From Candidatus Zhuqueibacterota bacterium (GTDB taxonomy: Bacteria > Zhuqueibacterota > Zhuqueibacteria > Oceanimicrobiales > Oceanimicrobiaceae): a DNA stretch of 64,000 nt. Both the position numbers and the translations under genes were made by a program. Shown here in pieces: positions 36,667 through 46,780 of this stretch. The notes beneath the pieces are model-generated. The model saw nothing but the letters and a program-made list of their open reading frames with translations. It was not told where the DNA came from and did no database searches. Where the stretch lies: NCBI GenBank assembly GCA_029261995.1, contig JAJDAF010000030.1:28671-92670 (forward strand), given 5' to 3'. Each line of letters starts with the position of its first letter. The first letter of the stretch is position 1.

Positions 36667-37832
36667 TAGTTTGTGCGAATGTATTTGACTAGCTCCTTGC
36701 TACCGGCCTTCTCCGCAACGGCAAACGACAAGTCGCGCCAATGTTTGCTTTCAGCCAAATCGCCGCTGACGCGATAGTGGTCGGCGAGCAGGAGAAAGGG
36801 CGTGACGTAGTTGGCATTCAAACGAAGAATCGCTGACGACGCCGGATAAAACTCGCCGTACCATTCTTCACTGAGATTGTCGAGACGAAAGGCTTTTCCG
36901 ACGTGTTTCCTGAGCAAAGCCAGGTTGTCGAGACGACTGTCCGGTGAATATTGGTAAACAAGGCCGGTGATGAAGAGAGAATCTTCGAACTTCTCGAAAT
37001 ACCTTTGCTCGAGGGTGAAGGCAAAGCACACGGTCCGGTCAGGATATTTTGGGGCGACTTTGACAACAAACGCGTCAGCCCATTTCTTCTTGTCGCCCGC
37101 AGGGACGTCAGCGTCGAGCCTGATTGGCAAGTTTGCCTGCCGGAGCAGCCGATCCAGGTAGTCTGAATGCTGAGCCATGCTGACGTTGACCACAGTCACA
37201 TCCCGACGAATGGATTTTACGATCTGCAACACCCAGGCCGGGTAGGTGTCATTGTCGCCATTCGTTAGCAGAATGCCGTCTCGTGGCACTGACATCAGAA
37301 CATTGTAATTGTACTCAAGCAAACCCGGCGCAATGTCACGGCTATCATAAAGCATTTGCAGGTATTTCTCCGCAATTTCATAGTGGCCGGGGCCGGCGAG
37401 CATGTTTCCGGATATGAGGCCGTACAATGGTTCAGGATTGTCCGGTTGAATTCGATGTGCTCGCTCCAAGAACTCCAATTCTTGGTCTTGGTGCAGGCGG
37501 CTCGACAGGTAAGCGTATTCGTAGCTGTTTGGGAGGGCTCGCTTGATATCCTCAAGAATTGCCTGAAGAGCGGCACGATTTTCCTCTTCATTCTCGCTCA
37601 GATGGCCGTATTCTGTCGCAATGTAGAGGTTATACCAGGCCTCGGCGCGATTCGGCATGCGAAGCGTTTCAGCTCGCCAGAGTTTGGCTTGAGATCGATA
37701 CCACTCCTGCGGCCGCGCTTCATAAATGCGACGATACACTTTCTCAGCAATTCCTGCTTGCTCCTGCGCCACAGCGGGGCTGCAGGCGGAACAAAAAGCA
37801 GCAACGACGTAAAAGAGAACAATCCGTCTCAT
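36663..37832 (-). CDS. Secreted protein: TPR-like N-terminus plus a paralog of the soluble domain of DUF2723/TMEM260
   Basis: Signal peptide (possibly lipoprotein). [28 protein letters not shown]...IRRDVTVV aligns with [28 protein letters not shown]...IRPDVRVV in 32679-35447. Confidence 0.8.
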   Translation of the reverse strand: [389 protein letters not shown]

Positions 37833-37871
37833 GACACCTCCATAGTAACCGTTCCTTGCGTTATTGTTTCA

Positions 37872-37896
37872 TACACGCGAGTCAGCGATAGGTTCA
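37872..37896 (-). promoter_or_regulatory. Possible ECF-type autoregulatory promoter
   Basis: Minus strand TGAAC-16nt-TGTA (with an overlapping CGT) about 40 bp before ATG 37832; resembles the AAC/CGT ECF consensus loosely. Confidence 0.3.
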
Positions 37897-37925
37897 AAGC
37901 TATTTGCGACCTCTGGAAATTGCAC

Positions 37926-37954
37926 TTGCTGTTTGCGGGACGAAATGCTACATT
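37926..37954 (+). promoter_or_regulatory. Putative sigma-70 promoter
   Basis: TTGCTG-17nt-TACATT with extended -10 TG, upstream of 38038. Confidence 0.45.
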
Positions 37955-38037
37955 TGCTTAATTTTGCGTAACCTGAAGCCCGGCGCAACCGCACGACTTG
38001 AGTGGCGCCGGACCGCGGTCATCCTGAAAGGACCTGA

Positions 38038-39453
38038 ATGAGAACCCTGCTCACACTGTTTTTCATCACTCTTGTGAAAACCACCATCGCGCAGCCCCTG
38101 CAACTGGACATGGATGTCTTCACGCAACGCCGCCAGGCTTTCATGGCGCAAATGCAACCGGGCGCCGTCGCGATTCTGCCCTGCAAACCTGTGTACACAC
38201 GCAATCTCGACGTCGAATATGTCTATCGCCAGGAAAGTAATTTTTACTACTTGAGCGGTTTTGAGGAACCAGAGTCTCTCCTGTTCCTGAACCCGGCGGC
38301 GCCGAAGCACAAGTTTGTCATGTTTCTCAGAAAACGAAACCGACGGCGGGAGACATATGATGGTCAGCGGGCGGGCGTGGAAGGAGCAATGTCCACATTC
38401 CGTGCGGACACAGCTTACTATGTTGACGATTTTGAACGCGAACTTTTTCGCCACATGCGCTATGATCGCCCCGTGTATTTTACCTTTGGCATCAATCCCA
38501 AGTATGACGATCTCATCAAGACAGGACTTGTTGACCGCCGCAGCCGGGGCAATTGGGCTGTCATCGATCCGGCGCCGATTCTTAGCGGGATGCGCTTGCT
38601 GAAGAACACCGGGGACTGGCAAATGGGATTCAGAAAGGCCATCGACATTTCGGGCCAGGCTTTCATCGAGGCGCTGAAATGTATCGAGACGGGCCGCTAC
38701 GAATACGAAATCCAGGCGGTGTTCGAGTACGTTTACCGCAAGAATCGTTCGCCGCGCAACGGCTATCCCTGCATCGTCGGATCCGGCCCGAATTCTACCA
38801 TCCTCCACTACAATCAGAACACCCGCAAAATGCGGGACGGAGAAATGGTTCTCATGGATTGCGGCGCCGAATACGGCCTTTACTCAGCCGACATCTCACG
38901 CAGCGTGCCAGTCAATGGCAAATTCACTCGGGCGCAACGAGACATTTACGAGATCGTTTTGGCCGCCCAGGAGGCTGCTATCAAAATGGTCAGGCCCGGC
39001 ATTCGGAAGGACGAACTCGATAAAGCAATCGATGCCATCCTCGGCCAAGGGCTGGTTGAACTCGGATTCATCCGGGACCCCAAGGACTTCAAGATGTTCT
39101 CGTTGCATGGCTACGCGCACTGGCTTGGGCTGGAGGTGCACGATGTCGGCGCCTATACCCGAAACGGCGAGTCCGTGATGCTGCAGCCCGGCATGTGTTT
39201 TACCATCGAGCCGGGTCTTTATGTGAGGGCGGATGTGTTTGACAAGATGGCCGAGCGCGGCTACTCCACAGCCGAGATTGCTACAATCCAAAAGAAGCTC
39301 AAAAACTACATGGACATCGGCGTGAGAATTGAGGACGATATCCTCGTCACAGAAAACGGCCATGAGAATCTCAGCAAGGCAGTGCCCAAAAAGATCAATG
39401 ATCTTGAAGAACTCATGTCGCGGACCGGCATCACGGACATGGTGAGTCAGTAA
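38038..39453 (+). CDS. pepP: Xaa-Pro aminopeptidase (M24B), probably exported
   Basis: YRQESNFYYLSGFEEP, IVGSGPNSTILHY, MDCGAEYGLYSADISR, HWLGLEVHD, TIEPGLY, GVRIEDD; N-terminal signal-like segment. Confidence 0.9.
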   Translation: MRTLLTLFFITLVKTTIAQPLQLDMDVFTQRRQAFMAQMQPGAVAILPCKPVYTRNLDVEYVYRQESNFYYLSGFEEPESLLFLNPAAPKHKFVMFLRKRNRRRETYDGQRAGVEGAMSTFRADTAYYVDDFERELFRHMRYDRPVYFTFGINPKYDDLIKTGLVDRRSRGNWAVIDPAPILSGMRLLKNTGDWQMGFRKAIDISGQAFIEALKCIETGRYEYEIQAVFEYVYRKNRSPRNGYPCIVGSGPNSTILHYNQNTRKMRDGEMVLMDCGAEYGLYSADISRSVPVNGKFTRAQRDIYEIVLAAQEAAIKMVRPGIRKDELDKAIDAILGQGLVELGFIRDPKDFKMFSLHGYAHWLGLEVHDVGAYTRNGESVMLQPGMCFTIEPGLYVRADVFDKMAERGYSTAEIATIQKKLKNYMDIGVRIEDDILVTENGHENLSKAVPKKINDLEELMSRTGITDMVSQ

Positions 39454-39526
39454 CCACCAGAACGCGATTTCGTCAGAGTAAGTAAGCAGACGAAGTCCGG
39501 AGAGGCAACCATCCAGAAAACCAGGA

Positions 39527-42265
39527 GTGGAGAGAATGAACCATCGCACGTTCGCACAACTTCAACGTCTAGCCCTGCTTGCGAGCTTCATCGTGGCCGC
39601 ACACGGAGCGCCGGCTTTCTCGCAAACCGCGTCCTTGCGCGGCACCGTTTCGGACTCGAAAACAGGCGACGCGCTTCCAGGAGCTAACATTGTTGTGTCG
39701 TCCGCCAGCCGAAAGACGGGCACCGCAAGTTCGGGCGCCGGTACGTTCGAGCTGAACGGATTGCCTGCCGGCACTTACCGCATCGCCATCACCTACATCG
39801 GATATGAGGCGTTTGATGTTGCTGAACTCAAGCTCAGCCCTGGCGAATCTGAAGTTCTGAAGGTGCGACTCGAGCCGACCGGCGTTAGCGTGAATCCGGT
39901 CACGGTCACGGCCTCGCGACGGCCGGAGAAACTTCTCGATGCGCCGGCCGCGATTACGGTACTCGACGCGCGCACGATCGAAACCCGCACGGCTCTGACA
40001 CCAACGGAGCATTTGAAAGGCGTCACCGGCGTCGATATCGTGACCGCGGGACTGAATCAAAGCCGGGTCGTGGTTCGTGGCTTCAATGATCTTTTCTCCG
40101 GCTCTCTCCTATCGATGGTAGACAACCGCATCACGCGCATTCCGGCCGTGCGACTGAACGCATTTCAGCTCATTCCAACGAGCAACATGGACATTGAGCG
40201 CATCGAGGTAGTATCAGGACCGGCAGCGGCGCTCTACGGCCCGAACAGCGCCCAAGGTGTGATGCACGTCCTGACAAAGTCTCCTTTCGACTCGCGCGGC
40301 ACCACTGTCAGTGTTGGCGGCGGAGAACGCAATGTTCTTATTGGAACCGCACGCCACGCAGGTCTGCTGCGCAGCAATCTCGGCTACAAATTTTCAGTGC
40401 AATATTACGAAGGCGATGATTTCGAATCCTTTGATCCGCTGGAACTCGCGGCTCTGGAAGACGCCCGTGAAACAGGCAATCCCGACACCGTCCGTATTGC
40501 GCAGCGCATCTTCGACATTCAAAGCACCACTGTGGATGCACGCATCGACTGGCGCATCCGGCCAAAGATGAGTTTCATCCTGAACGGTGGTGTCAGCCAG
40601 GGCGATAACATTGAAATCACGGATCAGGGCGCCGCGCAAGCTCTCGACGCTTCGTTCAAATACTTGCAAGGCAGGTTCACCTACAAGAACCTGTTCGCGC
40701 AAGCCTTTGCGAACAAGATCAGCACCGGCGAAACCTACCTGCTGCGCACCGGCGACCAAATTGTGAACAACTCCAGCCTGTTCGTGGCGCAGGCGCAACA
40801 CCATTTCGGCCTGGGAACGGCGCAACACCTGACCTATGGTCTCGACCTGCTGCTGACTCGCCCGCAGACCGCCGGTACGGTCAACGGCCGCAATGAAAAC
40901 AACGACAATGTCGATGAGTTCGGAGTCTACCTGCAGTCAGAGACTTCTCTATCCACGAAATTGAAGCTTATTGCCGCGGCCCGTCTCGACCACCACAACC
41001 GCCTTGATGGCTTGAATTTCTCGCCACGGGCAGCGCTGGTTGTGAAGCCGGCGCCGGGACACAATCTGCGTCTTACCTACAATAAAGCGTTCAGCACGCC
41101 GACTTCCGACAATTTGTTTTCTGACATTGACGCCAGGCGTGTGCCAACCCTGTCGATTCCGGGTGGCGACTTGCTGCAGCCGTTTATTGGCAACACCTTT
41201 TTCAACATTCGCTCGCTCGGCACCTGGCCGAGTGGTTTTTCGTTCCGTTATGACGATGCCAACCGGCCGATGATGGTGTCTTCCTTCAACGGAACTAACG
41301 ACTACCTGCCTTCCACCGTGAACGCTGTCTGGCCGAAACTGCGCGCCTTCTTCATCGCGTCGTTTGATTCACAGATTCCGGGAGTCGCGGCGTTGCTGGA
41401 ACAAAAACTACCGCAAACCCTCAGCCAGGAGATACCGGGATTGCTGCAATTGGTCAATTCGCAGGCGCGCGACGAATCCGATGCCTTTCAACCTGTGGAC
41501 ATGTCTTTTGTGGAAGACATCATGCCGGCTTCAGAAATGTCGACCACGACTTTTGAAATCGGCTACAAAGCCCTACTGAGCCGAAAGATGCTAGCCAGCA
41601 TCGACCTCTATCACACGCGCATCAAGAATTTCATCGGCTCTCTGCAAATTGAAACGCCTAACGTGTTTGTTGATCCGGCTCGGCTTGAGACCATCCTGAA
41701 GACGGACATGGCTGCGGAAGATTCATTGCTCGCCTCAATCCTGGCGTCACAATTAGCATCTCTGCCTATCGGAATCATTTCACCGACCCAGGTGCAGAAC
41801 GGAACCGATGTGATCATCACCAACCGCAATATTGGCGACGTCAGTGTCACCGGATTTGACCTGAGCCTGACCTACAACCTCAACAGTCGCTGGAATCTTA
41901 CCGGCAATTACAGTTACGTGAACAAAGACTATTTCAAGAGTCAGAACGGCTATCGCGACATTGCTCTCAACGCCCCGAAACACAAATTCGGCACTGTGGT
42001 TGGCTACCACCATCCCGAGACAGACTTCAACGGCAGTCTCCGCCTACGCTTTGTGGACAGCTTTCCCGTAAGCTCGGGCATCTTCAAGGGCACGGTCGAG
42101 CGCTACGCCATCATGGACCTGAATGCACAGTACCGGCTCCCCTTTATGAGCAGCACCAGCATGACTGTGACGGTCCAGAACCTGCTGAACAATAAGCACC
42201 GGGAGTTTGTCGGCGTGCCGGAAATTGGACGGCTGGCATGGGTGCGCTTGACACGGTCGTTGTAA
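39527..42265 (+). CDS. TonB-dependent receptor with N-terminal carboxypeptidase-regulatory-like domain
   Basis: Signal peptide; GTVSD..TGDALPGANI; plug VTVTASR..EKLLDAPAAI, IERIEVVSGPAAALYG; SPRAALV; C-terminal VQNLLN...GR. Start may be ATG 39536. Confidence 0.93.
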   Translation: MERMNHRTFAQLQRLALLASFIVAAHGAPAFSQTASLRGTVSDSKTGDALPGANIVVSSASRKTGTASSGAGTFELNGLPAGTYRIAITYIGYEAFDVAELKLSPGESEVLKVRLEPTGVSVNPVTVTASRRPEKLLDAPAAITVLDARTIETRTALTPTEHLKGVTGVDIVTAGLNQSRVVVRGFNDLFSGSLLSMVDNRITRIPAVRLNAFQLIPTSNMDIERIEVVSGPAAALYGPNSAQGVMHVLTKSPFDSRGTTVSVGGGERNVLIGTARHAGLLRSNLGYKFSVQYYEGDDFESFDPLELAALEDARETGNPDTVRIAQRIFDIQSTTVDARIDWRIRPKMSFILNGGVSQGDNIEITDQGAAQALDASFKYLQGRFTYKNLFAQAFANKISTGETYLLRTGDQIVNNSSLFVAQAQHHFGLGTAQHLTYGLDLLLTRPQTAGTVNGRNENNDNVDEFGVYLQSETSLSTKLKLIAAARLDHHNRLDGLNFSPRAALVVKPAPGHNLRLTYNKAFSTPTSDNLFSDIDARRVPTLSIPGGDLLQPFIGNTFFNIRSLGTWPSGFSFRYDDANRPMMVSSFNGTNDYLPSTVNAVWPKLRAFFIASFDSQIPGVAALLEQKLPQTLSQEIPGLLQLVNSQARDESDAFQPVDMSFVEDIMPASEMSTTTFEIGYKALLSRKMLASIDLYHTRIKNFIGSLQIETPNVFVDPARLETILKTDMAAEDSLLASILASQLASLPIGIISPTQVQNGTDVIITNRNIGDVSVTGFDLSLTYNLNSRWNLTGNYSYVNKDYFKSQNGYRDIALNAPKHKFGTVVGYHHPETDFNGSLRLRFVDSFPVSSGIFKGTVERYAIMDLNAQYRLPFMSSTSMTVTVQNLLNNKHREFVGVPEIGRLAWVRLTRSL

Positions 42266-42322
42266 GAGGTATGAAAGCACTGATGACTCAGGAGATTTTC
42301 TGGCCGATCCAGATTTGAGCCC

Positions 42323-45049
42323 ATGACTTTGTCCGGATTCCGAGAACTCCCCATCAGTCACCCGTGGACCCTTATTTTGGTCACGCTCATCCTGGCAGCC
42401 GCAGGTGGATACGTTTATCTCTTCGAGCTGCAAATTGTTTCAGACCGCAAACAGCTGATCAGTCGTGACATTGAATCCAACCGCCGTTATCTTGATTTCA
42501 TCGATGATTTTGGTGACAATGAGATTCTCATTCTTGCTGTCTGTGCGAGCGGCAACCCCGAGCCTGACGGTCTGCTTCCTGTCCCAACTGCATCGCAACG
42601 CAAAGCGATGAAACGCGTCGCCAGAGACTGGGCGGCGGCGTTGCGGGAAAGGCCCGATCTCTTCCCGAAAGTGTACGAGCGAATCATCTGGCCGAAGGCC
42701 AATTCCCCAGCGCTGCTCTATCTTGAATTGGATGAGCTGCAGGCACTTGCGAGCGTTTTGGAAGAGAAGGAAGCCCTCCTGGCCAGATTAACCGGGGATC
42801 CATCTCTGGCGAGTCAATTCTCTATTTTGAATGAACTCCTGAGAAAGGCGGGCGCCTTGCCGAGGGCAACCCTTGAGCAGCACCTGCCGACTGCCCTGCA
42901 AGGCGCCACCGCTTACCTGGAAGAGACCGCGAAAGCCATCAATCACGGTCCGACCTCAAATGACGAAGCCTCTAGCGCCAGTTTCGACTGGGCAACTCTC
43001 CTACCCGCGCGCCATGATCCGGAAGGCTTCTTCTTCTCACAAAACGGCCGTCTGCTCACAGTTTACGCCCATGTCCAAGGCCAGGCCGAGCAGCGCAATC
43101 GCTACGCTGAGGTGATGCAGCAAGCCACGAGAGCCATGAAATCCGCCCTTGCATCGTCCGGCGCGCCGGCAGATCTCAGCGCCGGCATCGCGGGCATGCC
43201 CGCTTTGGAGTCTGAGGAACTCGAAACGACGCAATCGGATTTCACACGCGCAGCGGTTCTCGCCTTGCTCTGCGTCACTCTCCTTTTTGTCGCGGTTTTC
43301 GGAGGGTTGCTGCGGCCCTTGCTCGGCGTGATTTGTCTCGGGTGCGCCATCGGCATGACCTTTGGTTTCACCTGGCTGGCGGTTGGACATCTCAACATAC
43401 TGGCCATGATCTTCGCGGTCATTCTTGTGGCGCTGGGTATCGATTTCGCCATTCACTTTCTGACCCATTACGAACACCTGCTCTCGACCGGCATTTCTCC
43501 CGAGCAGGCGGTAAGAAAGACTTACTCCGCGATAGGCGGTGCGCTCTGGATGGGTGGGTTGACCACATCCGCCGCCTTTCTTTCCGCCTGTCTCACCGAC
43601 TTCACCGGACTTGCGGAGCTTGGCCTGATTGCGGGCAGCGGATTGCTCTTCTGCCTGCTTTGCATGTATTTCACCTTTCCCGCTATGCTCATGCTGCTCG
43701 ATGAAAGATTTATCGGGCTGAGACGGCACATCAGAGCCCGGGTGGCAAACCCAGCAGCACAAAAATTGTACGCCTCAATGTATCACCGGCGGACAGCCAA
43801 GACGGTTGTGATTTTCGGTGCTGTGTTCGCGTCGGTTGGATTTGCTTTGGGTCACTACGACATTGACACCAACCTGCTGCGCCTGCAGGCCAAGGATAGC
43901 GAGGCGAACTTGTGGCAGAAAATTCTGGTTAAGAACGACGACCGCTCGCTGTTCGCAATCAGCACGGCCGACAACCACGAGACCCTCGAAGGCCTTCGAC
44001 GGCAATACCATCAGCAGCCAAACCTGGTACGCCATGTCGATGCCCTGTTTCCTTTTCAAGAAAAGGAGAAGCGGCGGATTCTTCAGTCATTGGATTCAAC
44101 GGTTTCTACGTTCACGGTCGCTTCTCCCGGGCCACCTGCGGTCGGCAAACTCAAACGGCAGCTCTGGAATCTGAGGCAGAACTTGCGCAAAATGGTAAAA
44201 GCGAGTTCGACCGCTGCAGCCCATCTCGCACCGCTGCAGGAGCGAGTGCAAACCCTGTACTCAACTCTGAACCAGACGGAGCCGGGAAAAGTGGCCGCAG
44301 GGCTGGCTGCTTTCGAGCGCCAGCTTGTGGCACAGATGCGCACAGCCCTGGCCAGCCTGAGCGAGATGTCCAGGCCCGATGTGATTGCGCCCGCCAGCCT
44401 GCCCAGTGTTCTCCTTGACCGACTACAAAGCAAGAGCGGAAAGCTTGCCATGTTCATCTACCCTGCACAAGACACCTGGCAGCAGGACAATCTCGAGCAC
44501 TTTGTCAATCGCCTGCGTGAAATCGATGCCGGTGTCATGGGCGAACTGGTGAGCCTGCATGACAACGGCAACTCGGTGGTTCAAAGTTTCATAGGGGCGA
44601 GCGGCTATTCGCTCATGGTTATCATTCTTCTGCTCCTGGTCTGGACGCGATCACTGCAAGACAGCCTGCTTGCACTGCTGCCACTTGCCATCGGCATTGC
44701 CCTGCTCGTGGCCACAATGCGCGTCTGGCCCGGCCAGCTTTCCTGGAACTTCACCAATTTCTTTGGCCTGCCGATCATCATCGGCATTGGCGTGGACAGC
44801 GGCATTCATTTGGTGCGGGCCTGGCGTTCCGGAGTAGCGGACATTTTTGACGGAGCCGTGAAAGCCGTGGTCTTAAGCTCGCTCACAACTATAATCGGCT
44901 TTGGCATTTTAGCCACCAGCACACACCTCGGCGTGCGCTCAATGGGAACGGTCCTGTTTATCGGGATTTTGGGAGTCCTGCTCTCGGCGTTGACCATATT
45001 GCCGGCCACGCTCTATCTGCTGACAAAAGGGAATGACGATGTCATCTGA
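42323..45049 (+). CDS. MMPL/RND lipid transporter (HpnN/BstA-like)
   Basis: Two TM bundles with LGIDFAIHF and GIGVDSGIHL, GGLTTSAAF, DFTGLAELGLIAG and LSSLTTIIGFG; two large periplasmic loops. Confidence 0.88.
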   Translation: MTLSGFRELPISHPWTLILVTLILAAAGGYVYLFELQIVSDRKQLISRDIESNRRYLDFIDDFGDNEILILAVCASGNPEPDGLLPVPTASQRKAMKRVARDWAAALRERPDLFPKVYERIIWPKANSPALLYLELDELQALASVLEEKEALLARLTGDPSLASQFSILNELLRKAGALPRATLEQHLPTALQGATAYLEETAKAINHGPTSNDEASSASFDWATLLPARHDPEGFFFSQNGRLLTVYAHVQGQAEQRNRYAEVMQQATRAMKSALASSGAPADLSAGIAGMPALESEELETTQSDFTRAAVLALLCVTLLFVAVFGGLLRPLLGVICLGCAIGMTFGFTWLAVGHLNILAMIFAVILVALGIDFAIHFLTHYEHLLSTGISPEQAVRKTYSAIGGALWMGGLTTSAAFLSACLTDFTGLAELGLIAGSGLLFCLLCMYFTFPAMLMLLDERFIGLRRHIRARVANPAAQKLYASMYHRRTAKTVVIFGAVFASVGFALGHYDIDTNLLRLQAKDSEANLWQKILVKNDDRSLFAISTADNHETLEGLRRQYHQQPNLVRHVDALFPFQEKEKRRILQSLDSTVSTFTVASPGPPAVGKLKRQLWNLRQNLRKMVKASSTAAAHLAPLQERVQTLYSTLNQTEPGKVAAGLAAFERQLVAQMRTALASLSEMSRPDVIAPASLPSVLLDRLQSKSGKLAMFIYPAQDTWQQDNLEHFVNRLREIDAGVMGELVSLHDNGNSVVQSFIGASGYSLMVIILLLLVWTRSLQDSLLALLPLAIGIALLVATMRVWPGQLSWNFTNFFGLPIIIGIGVDSGIHLVRAWRSGVADIFDGAVKAVVLSSLTTIIGFGILATSTHLGVRSMGTVLFIGILGVLLSALTILPATLYLLTKGNDDVI

Positions 45050-45992
45050 TTCAAGCCAGACTTCAGTCAAACAATCGCTTCGAGGCGTGCTATCTGAGTG
45101 GCTGCGCCGCGCCGCAGGATGTGTTTGCCTTGCTGCACTGCTTCTCGCAATCACGAACTCACAGGCACAGGAAATTGCAAGTTACCTTATGGTGAAATAC
45201 GGGGACGAGTCCGCCGATCCAGAAATGGCCATGGATTTCCTGGCCGATCTTTCCCGCTATCTGGAGCAGGCGCCCTGCTTTCGCGGCAAACTGGTCAGGG
45301 GCTGGATTGCAAACACACCCGAACTCGCCAAAGCGCTCATGGAGAAGCACCAGCCCGTCCTGGCTTTTGCGCCGCCCGGCTTTCACCTGATGTTTCTCGA
45401 CGGTGACAAAGACAGCAGCACGCCGATTTTGCAACTACCACGCTTTGGCGCTGAAATCGAAAGATATTATCTCGTGGCTAGCAAGTCAGGACCCGAGAAT
45501 CTGCGGCAGTTGCAGGGCCACACTGTTCGCTCGACCTTCTCTGTGGACTCAAAGTATCTTCGTGCCGTCGTCTTTCCGAGGGAATTCGCACCCGGTGATT
45601 TTTTCAAATTACAGCCTTCGGGTAATCTGGCGGACGAGGTCTTCCTAATGGTGGAAAACGAGTCCGGAGGTTTCGGAACCGGTGAAACGGGGGCTGCCTC
45701 CGCCCTGCTGTTCGACGAAGAAACCAAACGATTTTTCGAAGAAGATGAAATGGTCTGGCCGAAACTCAAGACCATCTGGTCGTCAGACCCGCTTCCCCGG
45801 GATCTGGTCATCTGCATTGGTGATTCTTGGACAAATGAAAGAAAAGAGCAGTTGCGCGATGCGCTTCTGACGATGCCTGACGGTCCTCAGGGCGAGGCTT
45901 TGCTGGAGTTGATGCAGTCCTCCGGCTTCGGCGCCATCGATGCTGGCATGCTCACACAAGTTGTACGAAAATACCGAGCCCACGGGAAATGA
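45033..45992 (+). CDS. Periplasmic PhnD-like substrate-binding protein (BstB-like)
   Basis: Signal peptide; LSRYLE, YYLVAS...LRQLQG, IWSSDPLP..LV, LRDALL.M...GEALLELM...GF pattern of phosphonate-binding-like proteins. Overlaps the RND gene. Confidence 0.65.
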   Translation: MTMSSDSSQTSVKQSLRGVLSEWLRRAAGCVCLAALLLAITNSQAQEIASYLMVKYGDESADPEMAMDFLADLSRYLEQAPCFRGKLVRGWIANTPELAKALMEKHQPVLAFAPPGFHLMFLDGDKDSSTPILQLPRFGAEIERYYLVASKSGPENLRQLQGHTVRSTFSVDSKYLRAVVFPREFAPGDFFKLQPSGNLADEVFLMVENESGGFGTGETGAASALLFDEETKRFFEEDEMVWPKLKTIWSSDPLPRDLVICIGDSWTNERKEQLRDALLTMPDGPQGEALLELMQSSGFGAIDAGMLTQVVRKYRAHGK

Positions 45993-46780
45993 CGCGCTTC
46001 TTCATTCTTCTTAATCTCGCAGTCACGCTAACCGCGCTGTGCAGTTGTGGGCGCGCCACCCGGAAAGGCGAGCAGAACGCAATGCAAAACTCCCTTTCGG
46101 AGGCACATGACCTTTATGCCATGAGCCCAAGGACTGAGCAGCGCGTAACCCGTGCGTGGCAATTGGCGGAGAAAGCTCTGAAACACATCAGCCGCACAGA
46201 TACGTCTGCGTTTGCGGACCTGCTCGACGGCACGCGTTACGCCCTGTGGCTGGCAATCAACTCTGCCGAAAAGCCATCGAAATCCCGGTACGCAAGTGAG
46301 GCGCAGCGCTTGGCTACTCGCCTGATTCATATTAGAAAAGATCGGGCTGAAGGCTACTACTACCGGGCCATCGCTGTCGGCATATTCTCGGATCTCAATC
46401 GCAGAAATGCACGGCCGGCCATGCGAGCCATCCGCGACGACGCTTTGGCCGCCATCGAACTGCATGAGAGTCATGACTACGGCGGGCCGCATCGGCTGTT
46501 GGGAGCACTGTACTTGCGAGCGCCAGGGCCGCCTGCAGGAATCGGCAGCATTCGAAGGGCAGCACAGCATCTGGAAAAGGCTCGGGAGATCGCGCCGAAC
46601 CATCCTGAAAATCTGAATTTCCTTGCGGAAGTTTATTTGAAACTTGGACGCAGGCAACCGGCTCTGCAGCTCATCGAAAAAGCGTTAGCGGCGGACTGGC
46701 CAGATGACGGCCTGGTGACCCGGGAGAATCGGCGCAAAGAGTCAGAATCATTGCGGGAGAGAATCCTGGACATACCATAG
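45989..46780 (+). CDS. TPR lipoprotein, TRAP T-component (TatT)/BstC-like
   Basis: Lipobox-like LCSC; AEGYYYRAI, DYGGPHRLLGALYLRAPGPPAGIG, HLEKA...PNHPEN. ATGA overlap with the upstream gene. Confidence 0.7.
   Translation: MTRFFILLNLAVTLTALCSCGRATRKGEQNAMQNSLSEAHDLYAMSPRTEQRVTRAWQLAEKALKHISRTDTSAFADLLDGTRYALWLAINSAEKPSKSRYASEAQRLATRLIHIRKDRAEGYYYRAIAVGIFSDLNRRNARPAMRAIRDDALAAIELHESHDYGGPHRLLGALYLRAPGPPAGIGSIRRAAQHLEKAREIAPNHPENLNFLAEVYLKLGRRQPALQLIEKALAADWPDDGLVTRENRRKESESLRERILDIP

Noticed and set aside
37960-38037. Structured leader before pepP as a possible riboswitch
   Set aside because: A 7-bp stem and TCCTGAAAGGA are present, but I could not match a c-di-AMP, c-di-GMP or cobalamin consensus. 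An Rfam/Infernal scan would decide.
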